Shown: one piece after another, positions 49,936 to 59,042 of the stretch
Position numbering within the stretch: position 1 is the stretch's first letter
Layout: the number at the start of each line of letters is the position of its first letter
Source: Nitrosopumilus sp.
GTDB taxonomy: Archaea; Thermoproteota; Nitrososphaeria; Nitrososphaerales; Nitrosopumilaceae
NCBI GenBank assembly: GCA_965204345.1
Contig: OZ241981.1
Coordinates: 864,001 to 928,000, forward strand
Reading direction: 5' to 3'
DNA: 64,000 nucleotides
The notes under the pieces: model-generated
Databases searched by the model: none
What the model was told of the DNA's origin: nothing
What the model saw: the letters and a program-made list of their open reading frames with translations, nothing else
Position numbers and translations under genes: made by a program

Positions 49936-50103
49936 TTGGCTAAAAAAGAAAAATGTGTCATCTGCAATGAGGAAGTGGAATTCCGTTTTAAGGCAATGGA
50001 GGAATGGAATATGGAAGGCACGCTATGTGGCAAGTGTTATTCAAAAAAAGTTGATGAGCATTATCCAGGTGATCACATCAGAGTGAACAAACATTTGGAT
50101 TGA
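49936..50103 (+). CDS. Small Zn-finger protein
   Basis: CVIC...LCGKCY; start placed at TTG 49936. Confidence 0.75.
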   Translation: MAKKEKCVICNEEVEFRFKAMEEWNMEGTLCGKCYSKKVDEHYPGDHIRVNKHLD

Positions 50104-50105
50104 CT

Positions 50106-50696
50106 TTATTCTGTTTTAGATAATTTGTTCGTATTAATGCAGTTCCAAACAAGTGAGTCATTTTTTATGTCTTTTTCTTCTAGGAACTTAATGTCAGTAA
50201 GGATTTTTTTCCTTTTGAGTAGGTTGACTTGAAAGCTTGAGAATTTTTTGCAGCTGCACGTGTTAAACAGGCAAACATCCCCATCACCCTCATCATGATC
50301 TTGCGCTTCATGTGTGCAATTGCATACTGCATCCTTCTTTGCATCATCAAGGGATTCTTTTGCATATGTGCCAAATCTCAGATATGCCTCTCCATCATGG
50401 CCCTGCTTGAATCGCTGATAATTTTCAGATTTTGGCAGTTCTTTGAAGAAGGACAGATTTGTATCAGGTTTCTGAGTATCAGAACCCATGATGAACCAAT
50501 ACTTGTCACCAAGCTCTAAAAATCGGGTTTTGATGGATGGATCCACCCAGGGGTAAATTGTATCATGCCAAAGTGATACAGCTTCCTTTCTGTCAGTAAA
50601 TAACGGGACAACATTCATTCTAAGATCATAGTATCTGTACGCAATGCCTACAAAGTCATCATACCATGGAACAGGCGTTTGTGAAGACATTGACAA
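50106..50696 (-). CDS. Hypothetical protein with Cys/His metal-binding insert
   Basis: CNCTH...H...C....CSCKKF motif. Confidence 0.85.
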   Translation of the reverse strand: MSMSSQTPVPWYDDFVGIAYRYYDLRMNVVPLFTDRKEAVSLWHDTIYPWVDPSIKTRFLELGDKYWFIMGSDTQKPDTNLSFFKELPKSENYQRFKQGHDGEAYLRFGTYAKESLDDAKKDAVCNCTHEAQDHDEGDGDVCLFNTCSCKKFSSFQVNLLKRKKILTDIKFLEEKDIKNDSLVWNCINTNKLSKTE

Positions 50697-50772
50697 AAAT
50701 CAGCCCAGTGCTTATTTATCTGATCTGAATAGTAGTAATACGCTTATATCATAGTTTTAGACTAAGTTACGT

Positions 50773-51054
50773 ATGGCCTCCTATAGAACCAGCATGCAGA
50801 TCGTTGCAGACTTGCTAGTTGCCACTCAACAATCCGGTCAGGAGGGAATCAAGACAACGTCGCTTCTTACAAAGGCAAACCTGTCACATTCAAGATTATC
50901 AAAGTTCTTGGAAAATTTGACAGGTGCGGGGCTTATCAACAAGATAGAATTTGATGGAAGGAACACCTTTGTAATTACTTCAAAGGGCAGACAGTATTTG
51001 GATTCTTATGTAAACTTTTCAAACATTGCAGAATCGTTTGGGTTGGAGCTTTAG
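50773..51054 (+). CDS. Winged-helix transcriptional regulator (ArnR1/HTH_45-like)
   Basis: YRTSMQIVADLL...LLTKANLSHSRL...FVITSKGRQYL. Confidence 0.9.
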   Translation: MASYRTSMQIVADLLVATQQSGQEGIKTTSLLTKANLSHSRLSKFLENLTGAGLINKIEFDGRNTFVITSKGRQYLDSYVNFSNIAESFGLEL

Positions 51055-51056
51055 GT

Positions 51057-51275
51057 TTATTTTCTAGATCTCTTTCTTCTTTTTGCGTTAGCTTCTCTTC
51101 GCTTCTTTCTTTCTTTGAGTGAGCTATAAAGGATAATTATAATTATTCCGGCTATTGCAGCCCACATCAATGTGAAAAAAGGAGGATCCCGAAGATCACC
51201 AGTAGAAGGCTCAAAAAAAGCAATTGGAATAGTCACAACCATAAAAATCATAATTACGAGTAGGTATTTGTCCAC
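51057..51275 (-). CDS. Small two-TM membrane protein with basic tail
   Basis: Two hydrophobic helices, K/R-rich C-terminus. Confidence 0.75.
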   Translation of the reverse strand: MDKYLLVIMIFMVVTIPIAFFEPSTGDLRDPPFFTLMWAAIAGIIIIILYSSLKERKKRREANAKRRKRSRK

Positions 51276-51330
51276 AAAGGGATTGTTTTACAAAACCATA
51301 TATCTTTTTGATTTGAGAACATCATCATAG

Positions 51331-51522
51331 ATGACCAAAATACTTGAAATGATTGGATTGGCACTTGTTGCAATCATGACATTAGGGTTTGTAGGAGTAT
51401 TACAGCCATACGGAATAAAAAATGGAACATCAGAACTGTTTTGGGGTTGTGCAGGTGCAACACTGATGATAATCATTTATAGAAAAATGAAAAGAAAACA
51501 AGAGGAAGAAAAGGAAGGTTAG
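51331..51522 (+). CDS. Small two-TM membrane protein
   Basis: Two hydrophobic helices, charged tail. Confidence 0.7.
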   Translation: MTKILEMIGLALVAIMTLGFVGVLQPYGIKNGTSELFWGCAGATLMIIIYRKMKRKQEEEKEG

Positions 51523-51612
51523 AATATTTTAGGAATTTGTTAGTAATTGATCAGCTGCTAATCAACCGACAGATCTATAAAGGACAATTCCAAGTAACTG
51601 TGAGGGGAGTAT

Positions 51613-51696
51613 TTGACAGAACAAACAAAACAATGGTGGAAAGGTTTAGGGAAAGAACTAGAGACAGATATTGAAACCTTCGATGAAGCAAACTGA
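51613..51696 (+). CDS. Putative 27-aa microprotein (not in ORF track)
   Basis: TTG start, MTEQTKQWWKGLGKELETDIETFDEAN*; preceded by CTATAAAG (51575) and GAGGGGAG. Confidence 0.4.
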   Translation: MTEQTKQWWKGLGKELETDIETFDEAN

Positions 51697-51726
51697 CAGT
51701 TATTTAGAAAATTTTAAGGATTAATC

Positions 51727-51769
51727 AAAGCCTCGTACGGGATACGAACCCGGATCTAATGCCTACGAG
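51727..51769 (-). repeat. Degenerate copy of the 3' half of tRNA-Thr (att site)
   Basis: AAAGCCTCGTACGGGATACGAACCCG-GATCTAATGCCTACGAG vs 57615-57658: 36/44 identical, same orientation. Confidence 0.85.
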
Positions 51770-52149
51770 TATTGGTTACTTTGCTCCAGCTTCCACTGAA
51801 TATTGGGCATCGCTCTGTAGCTCTGCTATCAAGATATTGGATTGGAAAGACTATTGAAAATGATTATTTAACAGCAAAAGTGATGGAATTCATCCAAAGA
51901 TAAGATTCGTAATCTACATTGACATAATTGCACCTTGCTTCAGGTTCAATCGTTTTCTTTTTTGATTTCATCACTATGGTGTAAGAAGATTTCTAAATTA
52001 AGAGAGGATTATAGTAATAAGTTCAATTCTAAAAATAAATTTCTTAAGATAAGAGGATCCTTTGAAGTAGATCTAAAATTAGAATCCAAATATAAGTTCA
52101 AAATCAGATCTTGAGAAAATTGAGATTTCAAGAATAGAATTAGAACATA

Positions 52150-52963
52150 GTGGGAAAATTACTTCTAAAAATTGGATTTAATTATGTAGATTCTGATTCA
52201 AATATTCAAAATGTTGATCAGCAGAAAATCGGAGAAATTGATCATATTTTCACATATGAAGATTTTCTGCTGCTGATTGAAATGAATGGAGAGAAAAAGG
52301 CAAGATGTAAAAAAATTAATGATTTTTTCTCAAAATGAGAGGTAGAAACAATCTCAAGTTAATTCATCAAAAACACAATCCAGATTATTTGGCACCTGTA
52401 AAAATTTATTTTGAATTGGATAAAAATTCATACGATAATTTATCACCTGCAATAGACACAATATCAAAAGTTCTAATATGATTGTCTATGAAGATGATTT
52501 TAAACATTTTAAAAAATATCAGGATAAGATTGATTCCTGGTCAAAAAAGGATTTTTTAAATTTCATTGGAATTAAAAAAAAATAAAGATAACCAAAAATT
52601 AGATGCCATTCAATTTCATAATGAGTGAAATTAAAGAAACATATGATAAAATTGCAATGTAGACATATTGGAATGTACTTGCCAGAACATTCTTTCAAAT
52701 CAAAAACATGTTTTAGTCAAAATAAGGGAATTTGTGTATTATTCAGATTATTACGATTACTTTATCAAAATCAAGAAAAATCTACAGTTAATGTTTCACT
52801 TGAAATTTTTATCAAAGATTTAGATACGATTATGAATCCAGATATGACAAAAAACTCGATTCATACTATATAACAAAGCAGATGTAAATTTGGATGCAAC
52901 AGATCTAATCAAAGAGATACAAGAGAAATATGCAAGCAAATACGATAAAATGAAATCAACTTA
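52150..52963 (+). pseudogene. Fragmented PD-(D/E)xK nuclease-type gene, possibly a DGQHR-family relic
   Basis: KIGEIDHIFTYEDFLLLIE motif, multiple stops and frameshifts, distal FSQNKGICVLFRLL fragment. Confidence 0.45.
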
Positions 52964-52982
52964 GTTTCTTTGTGATAGTTTG

Positions 52983-53713
52983 CTAAATTTTCAATAAAGA
53001 TTCAATATCTTTGTACGTTGCATCAAATTCTTGTAATATTGCACCATATTCAGGTTGTTTGTATTTTGACAAAAAGTCATCAAGATATTTGTCTGCTTTA
53101 GATTTTTGTACATATTCTTTGTAAAAATCAAGATCCAATTTTTTTCCTACTGTTATTCTTGCGACATCTTTGTAATCTTTGGATATTTTTGAAGGCAACC
53201 TATAATGTCCACGTAGATCATATTCTTTTGTTCTAGCAACAGCTCCCATCATTTTTGTTATTATTAGCAATTCTCTTTTTGGAACAATTACTTTTAATCC
53301 ATCTATTTCTAGCTCTTCTTGAAATTTCAATGTCCAGTCCCACTCAAATTCTAATCCTAAATATGCGTCATCTTTCCATTTTTTATCACCATAAAAAACA
53401 TCTACAATAATGTCTTTATCTTCATCAGAAACCCTCACAATTTTTTCCCAATGAGATGAAAACAAATCATCTTTTTTTATTTTATGATTATATTTTGGAA
53501 AAAAATTATTATGTAGTTGCTGGATAGCATCTTCTTCACTTGCCATTACAATATCAATATCTCTTGATTTTAATCCACCTTCATATGCATATACTGTCCA
53601 TCCCCCTATATTGCAGGTCGTGGAGTTCCTAACTCTTGTAAAAAATTTAATAATTTTTTTAATTCAACAAAACTTGCTGTTAATATTTCGTCATTATAGA
53701 AGTTTTCACTCAT
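52983..53713 (-). pseudogene. Nucleotidyltransferase toxin (AbiEii/type IV TA-like), frameshifted
   Basis: ATG overlaps the upstream TGA; MSENFYNDEIL...TPRPAI, then a 1-bp shift at ~53609 restores IGGWTVYAYEGGLKSRDIDIV in frame with ORF 52983..53546 (LIITK...KDYKD). Confidence 0.8.
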
Positions 53714-54315
53714 TTTAACCACACTTTAGGAATAAAACGTTCAGCAGCATATGCTAAATTAGCACAAAACAAATCAATAATAGTTCTATTAGGTGATGTC
53801 ACTGGAACATTTTTTTTCTGTTTTATTTCATCTCCAAAATCATATTCATACAAAATTACTTTTGTATTTCCTTCCTCTTGATCTGCCATAAGTGGCAGTA
53901 AATTTGCATCAACTGAATATGCATGAATTGTTGGATCGTCAAAATACTCATCCTCATATAGCTTTAAGGCAGTTGTAAGACATAGAATACCACCATTTTT
54001 GCCAATTAATTCTATGGCAGATTTTCTGTCTATTGCAATTTCAAAGGTTTGGATGATTTTCTTATTCAAATCTCGATATCTGCTATAAAAACTCACCAAT
54101 TCAGCTCTTGATGTTACTTCGTATCTTGGTTTACCTAGTTTAGTTTCATGAGTTTTGCTTACAAGTTTTAGATCTATCAGCCAATTTACAAAATCAACTA
54201 CTTTTCCACCAAAAGGCCAATCATAAAAGCTGCTTAAAGATCGTGAGTTGAATTTTGGATGTTCTAACATGTAATACATTGCCTTGTACGAATCTTCTGT
54301 CTTGAATCCCTTCAT
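53710..54315 (-). CDS. AbiEi-like antitoxin/regulator
   Basis: N-terminal wHTH-like region; C-terminal CLTTAL...VPVTSPNRTIIDLF motif; translationally coupled to the NTase. Confidence 0.75.
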   Translation of the reverse strand: MKGFKTEDSYKAMYYMLEHPKFNSRSLSSFYDWPFGGKVVDFVNWLIDLKLVSKTHETKLGKPRYEVTSRAELVSFYSRYRDLNKKIIQTFEIAIDRKSAIELIGKNGGILCLTTALKLYEDEYFDDPTIHAYSVDANLLPLMADQEEGNTKVILYEYDFGDEIKQKKNVPVTSPNRTIIDLFCANLAYAAERFIPKVWLK

Positions 54316-54327
54316 TTTGTTTCCTTG

Positions 54328-54384
54328 TGATCAAATTTCTCGATTATGATCAAATTCTTCATTAATGATCAAGTTTCTCGATCA
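54328..54384. promoter_or_regulatory. Three tandem 19-bp TGATCA-led repeats, probable operator array
   Basis: TGATCAAATTTCTCGATTA / TGATCAAATTCTTCATTAA / TGATCAAGTTTCTCGATCA, 13-70 bp upstream of the antitoxin ATG. Confidence 0.7.
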
Positions 54385-54409
54385 TTATTAAATGAAGTGA
54401 AATAAAAGG

Positions 54410-54993
54410 GTAGATAATTAGGAAGGAAGCAAAAATCGGTTCTAAAGAGGAGGAATTATTGCAAAAAAATAAAACCCAATCTTTTGCAATATCACTAGTG
54501 TCAAATGACCCTATCATCAGAATATTCAAAGACAAGTTTGGATGAGATAGAATAACTCCGAGACATGAATCAGCATACAAATACGATTAGAAAAAGAATA
54601 TACTCCCTCACAAGTAAGGACTAGATTGAATAATTTAGAGAAAATAGGTTTCATAGTGTCTAGAAAAAAAACAATTGAAGGGGTAACTTTAGAAAATATC
54701 AAAGAATATGAAAAAGCAATATAACTAGACTCGAAAAAGGCTGATGCTTGGACAAATAAAGGAGCCACCCTACAGAATTTAGAAAAACACGAGATATCAA
54801 TTCAATCATATTATGAGAGGCACAAGAGATTGATGAAAATTCAGTAATGACCTTACAAGTAAAGATAGTAATTAAGAGAATTAGATCATATTGAAGATAC
54901 GTTATGGCATTTTGATAAGGCTATAGAGATTCATGACTAGTATGATTTAGGAATAAATAGTAAAAAAACGGCATTAGAATTATTAAAAAAATA
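54410..54993 (+). pseudogene. Decayed wHTH-TPR protein
   Basis: YTPSQVRTRLNNLEKIGFI (wHTH-like); YEKAI*LDSKKADAWTNKGATLQNL and LWHFDKAIEI (TPR-like); several stops. Confidence 0.55.
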
Positions 54994-55082
54994 ACAAGAA
55001 TTTCCAGATTAATATAATTTTTGACTTAATTATGAATCAAAACTAACACTATAGTTAGATTATAAATTCTAAAAATGAAACT

Positions 55083-55298
55083 ATGTTTAAATTCCAAAAT
55101 CCAAGAAAGACCAAATCTGGAGAATCTGTAATTACATTATGGAATGAAATTAAAGAGGATTGGAGAATATATAAACGAGCAAAATTAGAAGATGATTTCT
55201 CAAAAATGAGAGTGACAGCTTTAAGAATTGTAGAATTACAAGATGATCTTGGAATTAAAAAAACAGAATTCCCAGAATTACAGGAAACAGAAATTTAG
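55083..55298 (+). CDS. Small helical hypothetical protein
   Basis: Intact 71-aa ORF with upstream TTATAAA box. Confidence 0.7.
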   Translation: MFKFQNPRKTKSGESVITLWNEIKEDWRIYKRAKLEDDFSKMRVTALRIVELQDDLGIKKTEFPELQETEI

Positions 55299-55339
55299 TT
55301 GCAGTCATTTCTTCTTAAACCAAAATCAAAAAAACATTT

Positions 55340-55657
55340 CTTGACAGAATTTTGCTTTTAAAATTTTCAGCAAGAGAAAATTATCAATCAACACTGAACC
55401 ATACCTGATGCCATTAACAATGCAAAAACAGAATTAGAAAATAACAGAATAGTTCCTGAGCATGTTAGAAGAAAGCTAATTCCAAGATATTAGAAAACAC
55501 AATATTCAGACTTTGTACAGAGTAGAATTGCCTCACTACTGGGGGACTTAACCACACACTCTTAACTTTTGAAGATGGTGTAAAGGAAGCATTGTTATTG
55601 AAAGTATTTGATCATGACGCATATAACAAAAGATTTGAATATGCCTGGCACTTATAA
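55340..55657 (+). pseudogene. Decayed RelE-like toxin
   Basis: Fragments EHVRRKLIPRY / NIQTLYRVELPHYW / LNHTLLTFEDGVKEALLLKVFDHDAYNKRFEY across frameshifts. Confidence 0.6.
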
Positions 55658-55710
55658 TTAAGATACTTACAAGTACCATACATTCAAGTACTAACAATAA
55701 TAGAGATACC

Positions 55711-56067
55711 ATGACTAAAAATGCACAAACAGTAAAGATAGAAAAAGACATTGTACGCCATGTGGATACTATGGCTTATGCACAAGCTATAGGTGCTTTA
55801 ACAAAATTAGTTGATCGTTTTAATCCAACTTTGAAAAGCATTTTGAAAGTAGAAGAACTTTTCAGAGAAAAAATTGAATTTGACTCCAGAACACAGCTAT
55901 TGCGGAAAATGGATGGTAAGATGAAAGCATCAGTTTTGAATGTAATACTAGCCCATTTAGTCATAAATAATAAAATTACAATAAACGATGATAACTCATT
56001 AACTTGGATTTATGCTGAAGATAACAAAAAGCTAAAGAAGAGTTGGAAAAAAGCAATACCGTTATAA
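55711..56067 (+). CDS. wHTH-like putative antitoxin
   Basis: PTLKSILKVEELF...SRTQLLRKM...LNVILAHLVINNKI; directly downstream of the RelE-like relic. Confidence 0.7.
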   Translation: MTKNAQTVKIEKDIVRHVDTMAYAQAIGALTKLVDRFNPTLKSILKVEELFREKIEFDSRTQLLRKMDGKMKASVLNVILAHLVINNKITINDDNSLTWIYAEDNKKLKKSWKKAIPL

Positions 56068-56320
56068 TTCCAAAATTTTTCAAACTCCAAACATATTTCA
56101 AAAGAGATCAATACATGCCAATTAAATTTTTTACAGAAATTAGTGTGTAAAGTTTAAACAAATGGGTAGAATGAGCACATATTTGAAAACACCATGTTCT
56201 AATTTATTTTTAAGCAGTTAAAATTAATTTAATTTATAAAAATTCAAAAATCCATTTCAATGAATGGAAAAATTTGGATGATACTCGTATAGGTTAATTC
56301 ATCTTCAAAGATCATACAAC

Positions 56321-56626
56321 TCATTCTATCTGGTCTTCTCTCAAATAATATTTCATTAATGCAAGAATGTAAGAGCTATGTCTTGTGATATCTTGATAGT
56401 GTTTGTTTAGAAATTGTTCCCCTCTATTGTAATTTTTTGCTTGATCCCAAACTCGTAAAAATTCTTTTTGATATAAATCTCGTTCATACATTGTGGATTT
56501 AGGAAAGATTTCCACGAAACCTTGTGAATATCTTGCAGAAAAACTCTTCTTTTGTTTTATAGTTTGAAACTCTCTCTTTTGTAGAAGATCTTTTTTCAAA
56601 TTATTCCAAAAGGTTTGAAATTTCAT
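56321..56626 (-). CDS. Hypothetical protein, paralogue of 36116..36466
   Basis: MKFQTFW...EFQTIKQKKSF...SSYILAL; 4-bp overlap with the upstream gene. Confidence 0.75.
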   Translation of the reverse strand: MKFQTFWNNLKKDLLQKREFQTIKQKKSFSARYSQGFVEIFPKSTMYERDLYQKEFLRVWDQAKNYNRGEQFLNKHYQDITRHSSYILALMKYYLREDQIE

Positions 56627-57219
56627 ACCTCGAATCTCACTTTGGTTTTTTTAAGAATTACGTCATCATCACCAAATGGAATGAAAGCAACATGATCTCC
56701 TGTCTTTAAATTTAATTTTTTAACAATTTTGTATGGAATTTGAATTACATTGTTAGTGTTAATTGAAGCAAATTCTGGATCTTCTTTCTTCTTTGCACCG
56801 TAGATAATTTCCATTGGAGATTCAAATTCAGGTTCAGGTTTCCCATATTTTTGTTTCATATAATCCTCATCATACCATTTAATGAGATCATGAAATCTTT
56901 CAGGCATCGTTTCTTGTAATGGTTTTATCTGTCCTTTTTTTCGTGTATCATCATAATAGTCTCCTTTTACAAATAATCTATACCATCCTCGCCTGACTCG
57001 AATTGTTTTTCTGTGAGTGTCAGGTTGTGCAGGTTTGTTTGCAACACAGTGAGATGAAATATGAGTACTAATAGTTCCATCAGAAACATTTTGAATACCT
57101 AATTCCTCTATTTTATCAGCAATTTCTTTTACCTGAAATGCCTCTTTTTTGGGATTTCCTTTATGCAAGGTTGCCAATGCAATCCATACTGCTGTAGCTG
57201 CGGTTTGTTTTTCTTCCAT
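56623..57219 (-). CDS. wHTH-like domain fused to a C-terminal AbrB/SpoVT DNA-binding domain
   Basis: VWIALATLH...HISSHCVANK...GWYRL; C-terminal INTNNVIQIPYKIVKKLNLKTGDHVAF. Confidence 0.8.
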   Translation of the reverse strand: MEEKQTAATAVWIALATLHKGNPKKEAFQVKEIADKIEELGIQNVSDGTISTHISSHCVANKPAQPDTHRKTIRVRRGWYRLFVKGDYYDDTRKKGQIKPLQETMPERFHDLIKWYDEDYMKQKYGKPEPEFESPMEIIYGAKKKEDPEFASINTNNVIQIPYKIVKKLNLKTGDHVAFIPFGDDDVILKKTKVRFEV

Positions 57220-57616
57220 GTTAGTAAATCTACATACTACTTAATTAAACTTAAGATTTAACCGTATTAAGTTCATTTAGGCATAAATAGAAATAAAGGA
57301 TAATCGTAATATAACTTAAATTACTATAATCTACTATATAACCTAAGTCAATTACTTTAGAAAAAACAACAGAGCACCTAGACAACTTCAAAATTCGGGT
57401 AATAATGGGCGCTTAGTACTCCAAGACATATTATCAAAATGATAACAGAACTAGCATCCAAGTAAAGAACATAGATGTTTTCTTAGGCATGAATCAATAA
57501 AAAATTGCAAGAATTTTACAAAATTGAATCCATTATTACAAACTATAGGCGTTAGTGAAATCAATGACATTGTTAGTGGATTTTATAACATTTCATTAAA
57601 TGATAACACAAGACAA

Positions 57617-57690
57617 AGCCTTGAACGGGATCTGAACCCGTGACCTAACGCTTACGAGGCGTTCGCTCTACCAGGCTGAGCTACCAAGGC
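57617..57690 (-). tRNA. tRNA-Thr(CGU)
   Basis: GCCTTGGTAGCTCAGCCTGGTAGAGCGAACGCCTCGTAAGCGTTAGGTCACGGGTTCAGATCCCGTTCAAGGCT folds as a cloverleaf, anticodon CGT. Confidence 0.95.
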
Positions 57691-57743
57691 ACGTTTGAAC
57701 AAAGACACCAGAGTTAATAAAAAGCCTTTCCGAAATGGACTAA

Positions 57744-59042
57744 ATGAAAAAAACAATTTCAGGTATCAGGGGAATATTTGGAGAGGACCTTAATCTAAGG
57801 GATGTGCTAAAATTTTGCAATAATTTTTCCTCACTAGTTGAATCCAAAAAATGTGTCATTGGCAAGGATACAAGGCCGTCAGGAAATATGGTAAAAAATA
57901 CCGCAAGTGCCGCACTGATGAAAAACGGCATTGATATTTTTGATTTGGGGACGGTTCCAACGCCTGTTGTTTTTAGGGAAGCAAGAAATTACGGTGCAGG
58001 ACTAGTAGTTTCATCATCACACAATCCATTAGAATGGAACGGGATGAAATTCATCATTGATGGCAGGGGAATAAACGAAGAGGAACTTCCTCAGATAATT
58101 CAACATCAGAAAATGCCAAAAACCAGTGCTGGAACTGAGATAAAACTCTCAACATCATACATTGAGGATGCAAAAAAAATCATAGGCAGCATAGAAGACA
58201 GCCCGAAAATTGCAGTAGACATAGGCGGTGGAGCAGCCAAAGGCTTTGCATCAGAACTATTAAAAAAGATAGGATGCAGGGTTGAGACGCTTAATGAGGA
58301 TCCGACAACATGTACAAGGGGTCCGGATCCCACATCAGACAATCTATCAGAATTAGCTGCTGCCAGTACAAAAAAAGAGATTGGATTTGCATTTGATTTG
58401 GATGGTGATCGGCTAGTTGTTGTAAGAGAAGGAAAAAAGCAAGCAGCAGATGTTACATTGGGATTGGGGGTGGCAAAATCATTGGAGCTGGGTTACAAAA
58501 AATTTGTTCTGAGTATAGATACAAGTGTTTCAGTTGAGAGATTCATCAGAGAGAAGGGCGGCACTGTTAGGAGATCAAAGGTCGGAGAGGCAAACGTAAT
58601 AGACCTCATGCTAAAAAGTGGAGCACAGGCGGGAGGTGAGGGAAGTAGCGGGGGTTTTATCCTGCCTGAATTTAATTATTGCAGGGAAGGGATTCTCACT
58701 AGCGGTTTAATTGCATCTATGCTAGGAACATCAGAATTTCGGGAGATTTTGGATTACATGGAAGGTTTCAAGCAGATACGAGAGAAAACAGAGATTGATT
58801 CTAGCTTTCACAACGAGGTGATTAGCAAAGTGCAATCAAAAATTTCTAAAAATTACTCTGAGATAATATCACTGGATGGGATAAAAGCAATAATAGATGA
58901 GGATAGCTGGGTTTTAATCAGAAAATCAAATACAGAAGACATTATCAGGGTTTCAGCAGAATCAAGTGACGAGGAAAAATGTAAAAGAATTCTCAGAGAT
59001 ACATTAAAGGTGGTGAATCAAAGCTATGAAAAGATTAGATGA
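57744..59042 (+). CDS. Phosphomannomutase/phosphoglucomutase family protein
   Basis: ISGIRG, SSSHNP, AFDLDGDR, GGEGSSG, RKSNTE. Confidence 0.93.
   Translation: MKKTISGIRGIFGEDLNLRDVLKFCNNFSSLVESKKCVIGKDTRPSGNMVKNTASAALMKNGIDIFDLGTVPTPVVFREARNYGAGLVVSSSHNPLEWNGMKFIIDGRGINEEELPQIIQHQKMPKTSAGTEIKLSTSYIEDAKKIIGSIEDSPKIAVDIGGGAAKGFASELLKKIGCRVETLNEDPTTCTRGPDPTSDNLSELAAASTKKEIGFAFDLDGDRLVVVREGKKQAADVTLGLGVAKSLELGYKKFVLSIDTSVSVERFIREKGGTVRRSKVGEANVIDLMLKSGAQAGGEGSSGGFILPEFNYCREGILTSGLIASMLGTSEFREILDYMEGFKQIREKTEIDSSFHNEVISKVQSKISKNYSEIISLDGIKAIIDEDSWVLIRKSNTEDIIRVSAESSDEEKCKRILRDTLKVVNQSYEKIR

Larger units (their letters stand above)
51727..57658. mobile_element. Decayed ~5.9-kb integrated element/defence island at tRNA-Thr(CGU)
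   Basis: Bounded by the tRNA 3' end and its degenerate direct repeat; AT-rich; TA and nuclease relics; no intact integrase. Confidence 0.8.

Noticed and set aside
51727-51769. Third tRNA gene or split-tRNA half
   Set aside because: Only a mutated 3' half with a disrupted acceptor strand and T stem; better explained as an att duplicate.
54328-54384. Mini-CRISPR or replication iterons
   Set aside because: No spacers and no rep gene nearby; the position fits an operator.
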